The notes under the pieces: model-generated
What the model was told of the DNA's origin: nothing
What the model saw: only the letters and a program-made list of their open reading frames with translations
Database searches by the model: none
Source: Phycisphaerae bacterium
GTDB lineage: Bacteria; Planctomycetota; Phycisphaerae; UBA1845
Direction: 5' to 3'
DNA length: 24,000 nt
NCBI GenBank assembly: GCA_963667855.2
Contig: CAXXKI010000004.1
Coordinates: 459,013-483,012, forward strand
Part shown: positions 8,504 to 18,069 of the stretch, one piece after another
Numbering within the stretch: the stretch's first letter is position 1
Layout: every line of letters starts with the position of its first letter
Position numbers and translations under genes: made by a program

Positions 8504-9863
8504 TTCCCCTGTTGCTGGAACAAATCGCGGATGCATTGGATTTATCCAGCGATGGATTTGAGAGCGGTCACCGGGTTACGGGGGTATCTACAGATTCCCG
8601 CACGGTGGAGGCCGGCGATCTTTTCTTTGCCATTCCGGTGAGAAATTCGATGGTCACGATTTTGTGCAGGTTGCGCTGCAGCGCGGAGCGGTAGCTTGTG
8701 TCGTCAGCAGGGAATTCGAAACGGCAAATGTACCCGGTATGTTCCTGCGTGTGGAGAACGTGGTTAAAGCGTTGGGGAATCTTGCGGCTTTTCACCGGCA
8801 GTTGTTCAAAGGGATGGTAATTGGGATTACGGGAAGCAACGGCAAGACCACCTGCAAGGAAATGCTTTGCCATGTGCTTGGAAGCAGGCTTCGCGGCAGG
8901 GCGTCGATCAGGAGTTACAATAACCATATAGGCGTACCGCTCACCCTGTTTTCCGCCTGTGCTGACGATGAGTTCCTGGTTGTGGAAATCGGGTCCAACG
9001 CGCCCGGTGAGGTTGCGGCTCTGGCGGCGTTGGTTTCTCCCGAAACCGGGCTGGTGACATCGGTCGGCAGCGCTCACCTCGAAGGGTTCGGCGGATTGGA
9101 TGGCGTGTACAAAGAGAAGATGTCTCTTTTCTCCCAGGTTCGTAGAGGTGGCACTGCCGTGGTCAATGCCGCCGCGGTAAGTGGTGTCGGATTATTTCCG
9201 CGGGCGGATGAACTGCACTGGGTGACGTTTGGTGATCATCCGGAAGCGGATGTGACAGTTACCGATGTCAGCGGTGATTTGTACGGGACATCGTGTTTGA
9301 TAGACGGCTCGCACCGGTTGAAACTTCAGGTGCCCGGTTTGCATAATGCGGTAAATGCCGCAGGCGTGTTTTCTGTTTGCCGCCGCCTTGGGTTTAGTGT
9401 TGAAGATATTCTCTCGTCGCTGGCCTCCTTTGTGATGCCCGATATGCGTCTTAGAGTAAAACAGTGGGGCGGCGTTACCATCATTGACGACAGCTACAAC
9501 GCCAACCCAACCAGTATGCGGGCGGCTATCGATGTACTGGCAAGATCAAGACGCGATGGCGGCAGATGTGTTCTGGTTGCCGGGGACATGGCTGAGTTGG
9601 GCGAGCAATCGGATGAATTGCATCGTCAGATCGGCATGGAGGCTGCCCGGGCGGGGTTGGACGTATTGGTCTCCGTGGGACAGCGGGCCCGGAAAATCGG
9701 AGAGGCGGCATCCGTCGAGAGCGGAACATGCCAAACACTGTTTTATAATGGTGCGGATGACGCGTTGAAGAATCTTCGTTTGCATCTTAACGAGGGCGAT
9801 ACGGTATTGATCAAAGGGTCGAGGTCGGCCGGTTTGGATGTGATCGCCGGTGGATTGGATTAA
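8500..9863 (+). CDS. murF: UDP-N-acetylmuramoyl-tripeptide--D-alanyl-D-alanine ligase MurF, reading frame interrupted as written (1-nt frameshift at ~8637-8638)
   Basis: The TTG start overlaps the murE stop. Piece 1 (8500-8694) gives GVSTDSRTVEAGDLFFAIP. Piece 2 (frame -1, through 9863) continues GEKFDGHDFVQVALQRGAVACVV when read back from 8637. It also carries GITGSNGKTT and DDSYNANP. One extra G restores a normal MurF. Confidence 0.9.
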
Positions 9864-9926
9864 AAGCTTTCGCACTCTGGGGCATTAATCCAGTGGCGAA
9901 TGGTGTTTATGAGGTAGTCTACTGAC

Positions 9927-11069
9927 GTGCTTTATTATCTGTTTAGAACCATCCTGCAGGGTGAGCACTACGCGTACGAAAACGCGCTTTTTCGCGGTGC
10001 GTGCGCAGCACTGTTCTGCTTTGTATTCATATTGATATTCGGGAAACCTGTGATCAGGCAACTTGTACGTTTCAAGCTCGGCGACAGGCCTGAATTCGAC
10101 CACGAGGCACTCAATGTTCTGACCAGGGATAAATCGAATGTACCCACGATGGGCGGGATTCTTCTCCTGGCGGCGATTGCGTTTGGTGTTCTGTTGTTCG
10201 CCGACGTGCTGAATTTCTACATCCAACTCGGGCTTTTCTGCCTGGTCTGGCTGGGAATACTGGGCGCGGTTGACGATTGGATCAAGTTGACCCGGTCCAA
10301 GAGATCGAGTTCCCGGGATGGTTTGAAAAGTTACGAAAAGCTCCTTTTTCAAGTGGGATTGGGAGTGTTGCTGGGGTACTTCATTTTTAATCATGGAAAG
10401 GGAAACTTCTCGGTTCTTGGAGATGAGTGGAGTACCGACGCAATAGAGACTTTCCGCATATTGAGTGTGCCCTTCTATAAAAAGGGAATCATTCTTACTC
10501 CGCTGTTGTTTATGGGAGTGACCGTGCTGGTGACGACGGCGACATCCAACGCGGTGAACCTTACCGACGGAATGGATGGACTGGCTTCTGGTTGTGTAGC
10601 GATTTGTGCATTCGTTTTTATGCTCCTTTGTGATATCGCTGGCGACGCAACTGCCGCGAGAAAACTGCTTATTCCGCACATTCATATGAGCGCCGAGTTG
10701 TCGGTTCTTTGTGGTTCGATTCTTGGTGCGACTGCGGGATTTCTGTGGTATAATTGCCATCCGGCGCAAGTGTTTATGGGTGACACCGGGTCACTGCCGC
10801 TGGGCGGTATGATCGGTTATGTAGCTATCGTTACCCGTCAGGAGTTGTTTTTGCTGATTGTCGGCGGTGTTTTCGTGATTGAAGCGCTGTCTGTAATTAT
10901 CCAGGTGGGATACTTCAAGTTGAGCGGTGGCAAAAGGGTTTTTCTATGTGCCCCGATACACCACCATTTTCACCTTGGAGGGTGGACGGAAACGCAAACT
11001 GTGGTTCGTTTCTGGCTGGCGGCGGCGATGTTTGCCGGTTTGGCGATGGCGACGATTAAGCTTCGCTAG
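9927..11069 (+). CDS. mraY: Phospho-N-acetylmuramoyl-pentapeptide-transferase MraY
   Basis: Polytopic membrane protein with the MraY motifs PTMGG, NAVNLTDGMDGLA, VFMGDTGSL and PIHHHF. Confidence 0.95.
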   Translation: MLYYLFRTILQGEHYAYENALFRGACAALFCFVFILIFGKPVIRQLVRFKLGDRPEFDHEALNVLTRDKSNVPTMGGILLLAAIAFGVLLFADVLNFYIQLGLFCLVWLGILGAVDDWIKLTRSKRSSSRDGLKSYEKLLFQVGLGVLLGYFIFNHGKGNFSVLGDEWSTDAIETFRILSVPFYKKGIILTPLLFMGVTVLVTTATSNAVNLTDGMDGLASGCVAICAFVFMLLCDIAGDATAARKLLIPHIHMSAELSVLCGSILGATAGFLWYNCHPAQVFMGDTGSLPLGGMIGYVAIVTRQELFLLIVGGVFVIEALSVIIQVGYFKLSGGKRVFLCAPIHHHFHLGGWTETQTVVRFWLAAAMFAGLAMATIKLR

Positions 11070-11184
11070 TTGTCGCTTTTGTTACCAATGAATATTTGGT
11101 TTTGCAGTTTATTAAAGGGGAAGCGAAGCGCTGGAAGAGAAGCTTCTGGTTCGCGATTCGACGCTACTCAAGGATGAGGATTCA

Positions 11185-12417
11185 ATGTCGGTTTCCGCGA
11201 GACAGTCTGGGGCGAATGCAACGGGAATAGTTGTTATTTCCGCCTGTCTTATGACTATCGGGTTAGTGATGGTGGCATCCGCTGGTGCCAGCCTGGAGAA
11301 CTCGATAATAACTCTGCAATTCTGGAAAACGGCATTTGGTCGCCAGGCCATGTTTTCGGTGATCGGTTTTGTCGTTTTGCTTATCATCTCCAAGGATATG
11401 CATCGTCTCTTCCGTTGGCGCAGTGGATCGAGGTTTCAGCCGGCGGTCGCCTTGTATCTGGTAACCATTGTTTGTCTGGCTGCAGCGCTTACTCCCGGTG
11501 TGGGTACCGCTCGAAAAGGTGCTCGCCGTTGGTTGCAGCTTGGTCCGGCTGAGTTGGGAATTTCATTTCAACCGTCCGAGTTGGCGAAGCTGGCGATGGT
11601 TATATTGCTCGCCGCGTTTCTCGCCGCCCGTTGGAAAAAGATGAATTCGTTTTGGCGAGGGCTTTTGCCCGGCTGTTTGATTCTGGGTTTGTGTGCCGGG
11701 CTGGTAGGGATAGAGGATTTCGGGACAGCTGCACTATTAGCCGGTGTCGGGGTTTGCATGTTGATTATCGCCGGTGCCCGATGGTGGCATATGGCTATCG
11801 TTGGATTGCCCGGTGCGGTTGGATTGGCCAGCCTGGTTTACTTCGCTCCTTATCGTATGCAACGGTTAACCGCGTTTCTGGATATCTGGTCTGATCCTCA
11901 GGGGGCCGGTTACCACCCGATCCAGTCTCTGGTTTCTGTCGCTTCGGGAAGCTTCTGGGGACGCGGATTGGGAGCCGGTATTCAGAAATATGGTTATCTG
12001 CCGGAATCTCGTAGCGATTTCATTTTCGGCGTAATCAGCGAAGAGACCGGTATGATCGGGGCGGTTTGTGTGATAGGGCTGTTTGTTACGCTTCTGTGGC
12101 TTGGCAAGCGAGTTGTGCATTGCAGTGTAACCAACTTCGGTCGGTTACTGGCTTTCGGTATTACCATGATGTTTGGCTTGCAGGCACTTATAAACATCTC
12201 GGTTGTTTTGGTTGTTGCCCCAACCAAGGGTATTTCTCTTCCCCTGGTGTCGGCCGGTGGTTCCGGAGTGATCTTTCTGGGGGCGGCAATGGGGCTGTTG
12301 GCCTCTGTTGCCCGGGAACCTGATTGCGAGTTACTCGAAGAAATTCCCAATTGCGCTGACGATATGGAAATGGTGGATGAAGCGTCGGGATCTGCGGAAC
12401 TGGCGGTGGAGGTATGA
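11185..12417 (+). CDS. ftsW: SEDS-family peptidoglycan glycosyltransferase FtsW
   Basis: About 10 TM segments with SEDS motifs QPSELAKLA, SDFIFGVISEETG and TKGISLPLVSAGGS. The FtsW/RodA/SpoVE family call is resolved to ftsW by dcw context. The C-terminal tail is unusually acidic. Confidence 0.9.
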   Translation: MSVSARQSGANATGIVVISACLMTIGLVMVASAGASLENSIITLQFWKTAFGRQAMFSVIGFVVLLIISKDMHRLFRWRSGSRFQPAVALYLVTIVCLAAALTPGVGTARKGARRWLQLGPAELGISFQPSELAKLAMVILLAAFLAARWKKMNSFWRGLLPGCLILGLCAGLVGIEDFGTAALLAGVGVCMLIIAGARWWHMAIVGLPGAVGLASLVYFAPYRMQRLTAFLDIWSDPQGAGYHPIQSLVSVASGSFWGRGLGAGIQKYGYLPESRSDFIFGVISEETGMIGAVCVIGLFVTLLWLGKRVVHCSVTNFGRLLAFGITMMFGLQALINISVVLVVAPTKGISLPLVSAGGSGVIFLGAAMGLLASVAREPDCELLEEIPNCADDMEMVDEASGSAELAVEV

Positions 12418-13583
12418 GCCTGGCTACGGTGGATAAACGTGATTTTGAAGTTAACTCGGAGGTTGCATCCTTTCCATTAATTGCTTTTGCCGGTGGTGGT
12501 ACCGGCGGGCATTTGTATCCCGCTCTCGCTATCGCGGAAGCGTTGGAAAAGATGGTGCCCGAGGTACGTTTCGTGTTTTTTGGGACGAACCGGGATATAG
12601 ATAAGCAGATACTCGGCAATGCGGAACGAAAGTTGGTACCGCAGACTGTTCTTCCGTTAACTCTCAATCCTTTACGCGTACCGGCTTTTCTTCGGGCGTG
12701 GAAACGATCCATGCGGAATTGCCGAAACTATTTCGAAAAGGATATGCCCTCGGTAGTGATTGGTTCCGGCGGATTTGCCAGCGGTCCGGCAATCTGCTGT
12801 GCCTGTAACCGTAAAATTCCAACAGCGTTGGTTAATCCTGATCTGATTCCGGGAAGAGCGAACAGGTACCTTTCCTCCCGTGTTGATACCGTATTCGCTC
12901 AATGGCCGGAGACTGCCCGGTACTTGGGCAAACGCGTTTCGGTAGAATCCTTTGGTTGTCCGGTACGTTCTGATTTTTCCAACATTGATCAGGATGCGAT
13001 CAGAAGCGAATTCGGTCTGGCTGACGATTGTAAAACCTTACTTATTACTGGAGCTTCTCAGGGGGCTCATTCGCTCAACATCGCCTTCGTGCATCTGGCT
13101 TGTGATCTTGCAGAAGCTGCCGGATGGCAGGTGTTGCACCTGACCGGTAAAGACGATCTGGGTTTAGTTAGAGACGCGTATCAGAAAGCCGGTGTCAGGG
13201 GCAGGTGTGTGGCGTACACTGAACAAATGGCTTCAGCTATGGCGGGAGCGGACTTGATAGTGTCTCGAGCCGGAGCGTCATCGGTGGCCGAAATAACTGC
13301 CGTGGGAAAGCCCGCGTTGTTTTTACCTTATCCCTATCACAAGGATCAGCACCAACAGGCTAACGCGGAGATGTTAACCAGGCGGGGAACCGCTCGGATT
13401 TGTGCGGACCTGAAAGACGGTAAACTAACGGCAGAAGCGCTTAAACCGCACCTTAGAGAGTTGATGTTCGAGCCCGGAAAACTCGAACACATGAGCGAGC
13501 AGGCGGAAAGATGCAAACGGAGTGATGCTGCGGAAAAAATCGCCTACTGGATAGCAGGAAAAGTGGAAAAAACTGCTGGTTGA
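12414..13583 (+). CDS. murG: UDP-N-acetylglucosamine--N-acetylmuramyl-(pentapeptide) pyrophosphoryl-undecaprenol GlcNAc transferase MurG
   Basis: ATGA start/stop overlap with ftsW. It carries the N-terminal GGTGGHLYPALA motif, C-terminal SRAGASSVAEI and QQANAE motifs. Confidence 0.93.
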   Translation: MSLATVDKRDFEVNSEVASFPLIAFAGGGTGGHLYPALAIAEALEKMVPEVRFVFFGTNRDIDKQILGNAERKLVPQTVLPLTLNPLRVPAFLRAWKRSMRNCRNYFEKDMPSVVIGSGGFASGPAICCACNRKIPTALVNPDLIPGRANRYLSSRVDTVFAQWPETARYLGKRVSVESFGCPVRSDFSNIDQDAIRSEFGLADDCKTLLITGASQGAHSLNIAFVHLACDLAEAAGWQVLHLTGKDDLGLVRDAYQKAGVRGRCVAYTEQMASAMAGADLIVSRAGASSVAEITAVGKPALFLPYPYHKDQHQQANAEMLTRRGTARICADLKDGKLTAEALKPHLRELMFEPGKLEHMSEQAERCKRSDAAEKIAYWIAGKVEKTAG

Positions 13584-13694
13584 AAAAGCGGCAATGATGG
13601 AGAGAATCGCGGACACGAGACGATACCTGTAAAGCGCATTGCACAGAAAATTGTTTGGCGAATCATAGGAACAGGCGGACAAGAAATACTAAGT

Positions 13695-15113
13695 ATGCAA
13701 GAAACATCCACGAATAACTCAGGATTACGACAGCCGGGCGTATTCAACGGTTATCGTATCCATCTGGTCGGTGTAGGCGGCTCGGGAATGTTTGGGGCCG
13801 CGAAGATTCTGCTGCGCTTGGGGGCGGTTATCAGTGGTTCGGATATGAAACAATTCGCCGGGGCCGGCGAACTGGTCGAAAACGGAGCGACTATTCACAT
13901 ACCTCATGATCGAGCGAACTTGCGGGATGATATTTCTCTGGTTGTTCGAAGTGCGGCCGTTCCCGACACGAATCCCGAAATCGTGGCAGCTCGCGAGAAA
14001 TCAATACCTGTGATTTGTTACGCGGAATTGCTGGGAGAAATTACCCGATCGCGTCTGGCTGTATCGGTGTCCGGAACTCATGGCAAAAGCACGACGAGTA
14101 GTTTGACCACTTACCTGTTTCACCGGGCGGGTCTGGATCCATCGTTTATCTTCGGTGCTGATTGCAGGCAACTTGGTGGGAGCAGTGGCGTTGGAGGTGG
14201 CGAGCATTTTATTGTTGAGTCGTGTGAATACGGTCGTTCGTTCCTGCACATGAGACCGCACAGCGCGGCCATTTTGAACATAGAGGCTGATCATCTCGAT
14301 TATTACCGTGATCTGGATGACATAGTTTCGGCTTTCGGTACTTTCGCGTCTCGGGTGTCGATTGACGGCTTGTTGGTGGTAAACCACGATGACCTGCTGG
14401 CGAAACAGGCTGCAAGGCAGGCGGCCTGTCGAGTTGAAACTTTTGGCCTTGGTCCGGGTGCGGATTGGCGGGCGACGAGTCTTCGCTCCTCTCGTAGTGG
14501 GACAGTGTTTAAACTGCTTCGTCATGGCCAGGAGATAATGAACTGCAGTTTGCGCCTGGCCGGAGTTCATAATGTTTGTAACGCTCTTGCCGCCACCGCT
14601 TTGGCGTATGAAGGCGGAGCGTCTTTTGATGATATTGAGAAAGCCCTGGCCACGTTCGATGGCATCAGTCGCAGAATGACTGTGTGTGGAACGCGACGGG
14701 GGGTTACCATCGTCGATGATTTTGCCCATCATCCGACCGAGATAAGAATGACATTGAGTGCGGTACGCAGCCGTTTTTCGCCGCGGAAGACCTGGGTTGT
14801 ATTTCAGCCGCATCAGGCTTCTCGTACTCGACAGCTAATGGATGATTTCAGCCGGGCTTTTGCGGATGCGGATGTTGTTCTTGTACCGGATATCTTCAGT
14901 GTTCGAGATACTGATGAGGATCGCCTGTCGGTTGCCTCTTCGCGGCTTGTCGATCGAATCAGGGAAACCGGTATTGATTCCCGTTATTTCTCGTCTCTCG
15001 ACGCGGTGTGTGAGCATTTGGATAGTCACATAGCCGAAGGTGACGTAGTTGTCACCATGGGCGCGGGTGATGTCTGGAAGGTGGCCAATGGACTGGTCGA
15101 AAGAGTTAGCTGA
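13695..15113 (+). CDS. murC: UDP-N-acetylmuramate--L-alanine ligase MurC
   Basis: It carries IHLVGVGGSGM (Rossmann N-domain), the GTHGKSTT P-loop, and DDFAHHPTE typical of MurC. Confidence 0.93.
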   Translation: MQETSTNNSGLRQPGVFNGYRIHLVGVGGSGMFGAAKILLRLGAVISGSDMKQFAGAGELVENGATIHIPHDRANLRDDISLVVRSAAVPDTNPEIVAAREKSIPVICYAELLGEITRSRLAVSVSGTHGKSTTSSLTTYLFHRAGLDPSFIFGADCRQLGGSSGVGGGEHFIVESCEYGRSFLHMRPHSAAILNIEADHLDYYRDLDDIVSAFGTFASRVSIDGLLVVNHDDLLAKQAARQAACRVETFGLGPGADWRATSLRSSRSGTVFKLLRHGQEIMNCSLRLAGVHNVCNALAATALAYEGGASFDDIEKALATFDGISRRMTVCGTRRGVTIVDDFAHHPTEIRMTLSAVRSRFSPRKTWVVFQPHQASRTRQLMDDFSRAFADADVVLVPDIFSVRDTDEDRLSVASSRLVDRIRETGIDSRYFSSLDAVCEHLDSHIAEGDVVVTMGAGDVWKVANGLVERVS

Positions 15114-15965
15114 CAGAATTAAGACGGAAGTTCCGCTGGCAGATCAAACCTGGTTCAAACTGGGTGGAAATGCTCGGTATATGTTTTCCCCGGCCGATAC
15201 CGAGGAACTGTCTACAGCGCTTAAAGACGCTCGTGACGCGGATTTGAATACCCGTATTCTCGGCGGTGGAGCGAATGTACTGATCAAGGATGATGGATAC
15301 GATGGTCTGGTCGTTCGTCTGGATCAGGATTCGTTTACTAAAGTAGAGTTCGATGGTGAGCGAGTGCGAGCGGGCGGCGGAGCGGACCTGATGAAGCTGG
15401 CTCACGAGTGTTCCCAACGAGGATTGTCCGGTCTGGAGACGTTGGCCGGTATTCCGGGAACCGTTGGTGGGGCAACCGTAATGAACGCTGGCGGACGTTA
15501 CGGCCAGTTCAGTGATGTTGTCGAGAGTGTCGAACTGATGACCCGTGAGGGTACGAAGTACGAATTGCCGGCCGAAGAAATGGGATTTGGATATCGTCAT
15601 TCAAATGTTGGTGATGATATAGTAACCGGGGCCGTCTTGCGGTTGCGGAAAAAAACGCGAGAAGAAACGATTGAACGCTATCGCGAGATATGGGAATCGA
15701 AAAAAATTCTCAGCCCTTTGCGAAACATAGTGCAGGTTGTATCTTCAAGAATCCGCCAGGTGACTCTGCCGGTCGACTGATCGATTCGGTTGGATTGAAA
15801 GGGGTTACCCTGGGGGCGGCGAGTGTCTCGGAAGTGCATGCGAACTTCATAACGGCCGATGATGAGGCGACGGCTGGCGATGTGTTACGGTTGGCTATGC
15901 TCGTAAGAGACACCGTTTTCGAGCAAACAGGTGTTAAGCTCGAATTGGAGATTGATGTTTGGTAA
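15088..15965 (+). CDS. murB: UDP-N-acetylenolpyruvoylglucosamine reductase MurB, reading frame interrupted as written (1-nt frameshift in A7 run 15700-15706)
   Basis: Piece 1 (ORF 15049-15780; likely start ATG 15088, overlapping the murC end) has the FAD-binding motifs FKLGGNARY, GGGANVL and GTVGGA. Piece 2 (15690-15965, frame -1) has QP....[24 protein letters not shown]. An eighth A would give ...[24 protein letters not shown]... Confidence 0.88.
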
Positions 15966-16007
15966 CGTGGCAGCTTGTGTGCCGCGTGTAGTTATAAGCT
16001 GAAAAGG

Positions 16008-16985
16008 ATGTCAGCGATGAAGAAAACGACCCGGCCTATCCGGATCGAATCGGCACCTCGAAAGATCGAGGTGACAAACCTGGATATTACCGTTCTGGCT
16101 GGAGGACCCAGCGAGGAGCGGGAAGTCAGTATAGCCAGTGGAAATATGGTAGCCAGCGCCCTTGCCGGGCTCGGTCATCGCGTTTCTATATGTGATATCT
16201 CTCCGGACGATCTATCCGCACTTGGACGAGCTGCGGATATTGTGTTTATTGCCCTGCACGGTTCCTTTGGTGAAGACGGTCAAATCCAGGCGGAACTGGA
16301 GCGCAGGGGGATACCGTTTACCGGCACCGGATCTGTGGGAAGCGCATTATGCATGGATAAAGTGGCCGCCAAAGGCTGCTTTGTTGCGGCCGGACTACCC
16401 ACTCCACGGTTTGACGTTGCCCGTAGTTCAAGGATTGCGGAGGTTGCCCGTCGATGGCGTTTACCGGTAGTGGTAAAACCAGTTTGCTCCGGCAGTAGCG
16501 TCGATACGCATCTGGTTCGGGACAGAAGCCGGTTCCTGGCTGCGATGACCGACGTGGTCAAAAAACACGGCCAAGCCATGGTTGAGGAGTTGATTGAAGG
16601 GCCGGAGTTGACCGTGGGGATTCTCGGAAACCGGGCACTTCCGCCGATTCAAATAGATACGTCTCGTGATTTCTATGATTATCAGGCAAAATACATCGAT
16701 GAGGAAACCGACTATCGGTTCGATATCGACTTGTCCCCAAAACTGCTTGCCAAAGTGCAGGCGATGAGCCTGCGAGCGGCCGAGGCTGCCGGGTGTCGGG
16801 ATTTCTGCCGCGTGGACTGGATGGTTGATAGGATTACGCACGAGCCGTACTTGTTGGAGATTAATACTATTCCTGGTTTTACCAGTCATTCTCTTTTGCC
16901 GAAAGCGGCACAGAAAGAGGGATTGTCGATAGCCCAGTTATGTCAGCGAATAGTTGAACTGGCTCTAGTCGGCGATAATGACTGA
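16008..16985 (+). CDS. ddl: D-alanine--D-alanine ligase
   Basis: It carries LHGSFGEDGQIQAELE, an ATP-grasp region (VVVKP..GSSV), and C-terminal LLEINTIPGFTSHSL. The start is ambiguous: TTG 15975, ATG 16008 or ATG 16017. The AAGG at 16004-16007 best fits ATG 16017. Confidence 0.92.
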   Translation: MSAMKKTTRPIRIESAPRKIEVTNLDITVLAGGPSEEREVSIASGNMVASALAGLGHRVSICDISPDDLSALGRAADIVFIALHGSFGEDGQIQAELERRGIPFTGTGSVGSALCMDKVAAKGCFVAAGLPTPRFDVARSSRIAEVARRWRLPVVVKPVCSGSSVDTHLVRDRSRFLAAMTDVVKKHGQAMVEELIEGPELTVGILGNRALPPIQIDTSRDFYDYQAKYIDEETDYRFDIDLSPKLLAKVQAMSLRAAEAAGCRDFCRVDWMVDRITHEPYLLEINTIPGFTSHSLLPKAAQKEGLSIAQLCQRIVELALVGDND

Positions 16986-17034
16986 TTTCTTGGAGTGTTC
17001 AGGGGTAGTTGTGGTGGAAGTTTAGAGCGAGCTT

Positions 17035-17928
17035 ATGGCACGTAAGAAGAAAAAGAAGAAAACCACGCTTTTAGGAGTAATTCGTCAGCATTGGGATGCT
17101 GTCTGCCATGATCGGAAACGGCGGTGGGCAAGGTATTGTGCGCAAGTGTTTGTGTTCTTGACTTTTGCCGCATTGGGTGTTTACGGAATGACCCAGGTTG
17201 AAGAGTCGGTCCTGATGTCACCGCCGCAGGAAGCGGCTGCCAGGATTGAACTCATCGATGTTCCACGAGGCCTGGATAATATCATGACCGAAGCTTTGGA
17301 GCCGTTTGCTCTGGAGCCCTGGTCGAGTGAAACCATATGTCGCGATATCGGAAACGTGCTGGAACGGATCGGTTGGGTAAAAGACGTGGTCAGCGTTCAC
17401 CGCTTTCCGGATCGGCGCATCGAGGTTACCTGCACCTATCGCAAGGCGTTGGCCATGGTTCAACAGGAAGAAGGATTCTACCTGGTGGATGAAGAAGGTG
17501 TACGCCTGCCGGGCAGATACAACAATTACTCCGAAATGAAATTGATTCAGGGAGTTTGCCGTACAGTACCTAAAGCCGGTGAACCATGGCAGGCCCCGGA
17601 ACTTCGTGCCGGTATCGAACTGATTAAGATCCTGTCGGCCGAGCCGTTTTTCGATCAGGTTACCGCGGTGCTGGTGCATAATTATGGGGGACGATCAGAT
17701 CCCCGGGCGGCCCACCTGGTGTTGGCTACCGATCAGGCCGGTGAGAGAATTCTTTGGGGTTCGGAACCTGGCGGTGAGGTTGAGGAGAACACAGTCGCTC
17801 AGAAACTGGAATTATTGCGCAGCAATTACCGCCGGTTTGGGCGCATTGACGCCAACAGGGGGGTAATCGACATCTCAGTGCATCCTGATCGGATAATCAC
17901 TCCGGAAATCGCTCGATCCCGGATGTAA
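17035..17928 (+). CDS. ftsQ: Cell division protein FtsQ (POTRA domain, bitopic)
   Basis: Lys-rich cytoplasmic N-terminus (MARKKKKKK) and one TM (VFVFLTFAALGVYGM). The POTRA/FtsQ core pattern is GWVKDVVSVHRFPDRRIEVTCTYRKALAMV...FYLVDEEGVRL. It occupies the last canonical dcw position after ddl. Confidence 0.78.
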   Translation: MARKKKKKKTTLLGVIRQHWDAVCHDRKRRWARYCAQVFVFLTFAALGVYGMTQVEESVLMSPPQEAAARIELIDVPRGLDNIMTEALEPFALEPWSSETICRDIGNVLERIGWVKDVVSVHRFPDRRIEVTCTYRKALAMVQQEEGFYLVDEEGVRLPGRYNNYSEMKLIQGVCRTVPKAGEPWQAPELRAGIELIKILSAEPFFDQVTAVLVHNYGGRSDPRAAHLVLATDQAGERILWGSEPGGEVEENTVAQKLELLRSNYRRFGRIDANRGVIDISVHPDRIITPEIARSRM

Positions 17929-18069
17929 TGGGTTCGCTATTCGGCTTCCTGTTTTTGACCGCCGGTTCGCCGTAATCGATGCTTAAGTAGCTGTAAAGAG
18001 GGATTATTTTTTGGAAATACTTCCGATCTCACTCCGAATACCTTTATGGAGTGATAAGGAGGTGGCGTT

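Noticed and set aside
11138-11147. The 10-bp palindrome AGAAGCTTCT in the mraY-ftsW spacer, considered as a possible deletion scar or regulatory site.
   Set aside because: It is too short to distinguish from chance and cannot form an RNA hairpin because it has no loop. It is mentioned only as context for the missing murD.
14001-14813. A 270-aa minus-strand ORF. Similar long antisense ORFs occur at 9885-10769, 4065-4892, 2502-3179 and 7895-8536.
   Set aside because: All are embedded antisense in strongly supported plus-strand genes (murC, mraY, LysM gene, rsmH, murE). They are Arg/Ser/Pro-rich, typical of non-coding frames, and lack SD sequences.
15697-15710. Programmed -1 ribosomal frameshifting as the explanation for the murB split, and by extension murE and murF.
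   Set aside because: There is no X XXY YYZ heptamer in the zero frame: the A-run is preceded by G, and the A-site codon would be AUU. I saw no obvious downstream stimulatory structure, and I know of no precedent in Mur genes. The murE and murF sites are not slippery at all. Sequencing error or a real mutation is more parsimonious, and transcriptional slippage at A7 is only a secondary possibility.
17035-17070. The A-rich run encoding MARKKKKKK in ftsQ, considered as a slippery or phase-variable tract.
   Set aside because: The run mixes AAG and AAA codons, and the longest pure A stretch is 5 nt. The frame is intact, and Lys-rich cytoplasmic N-termini are normal for bitopic membrane proteins.
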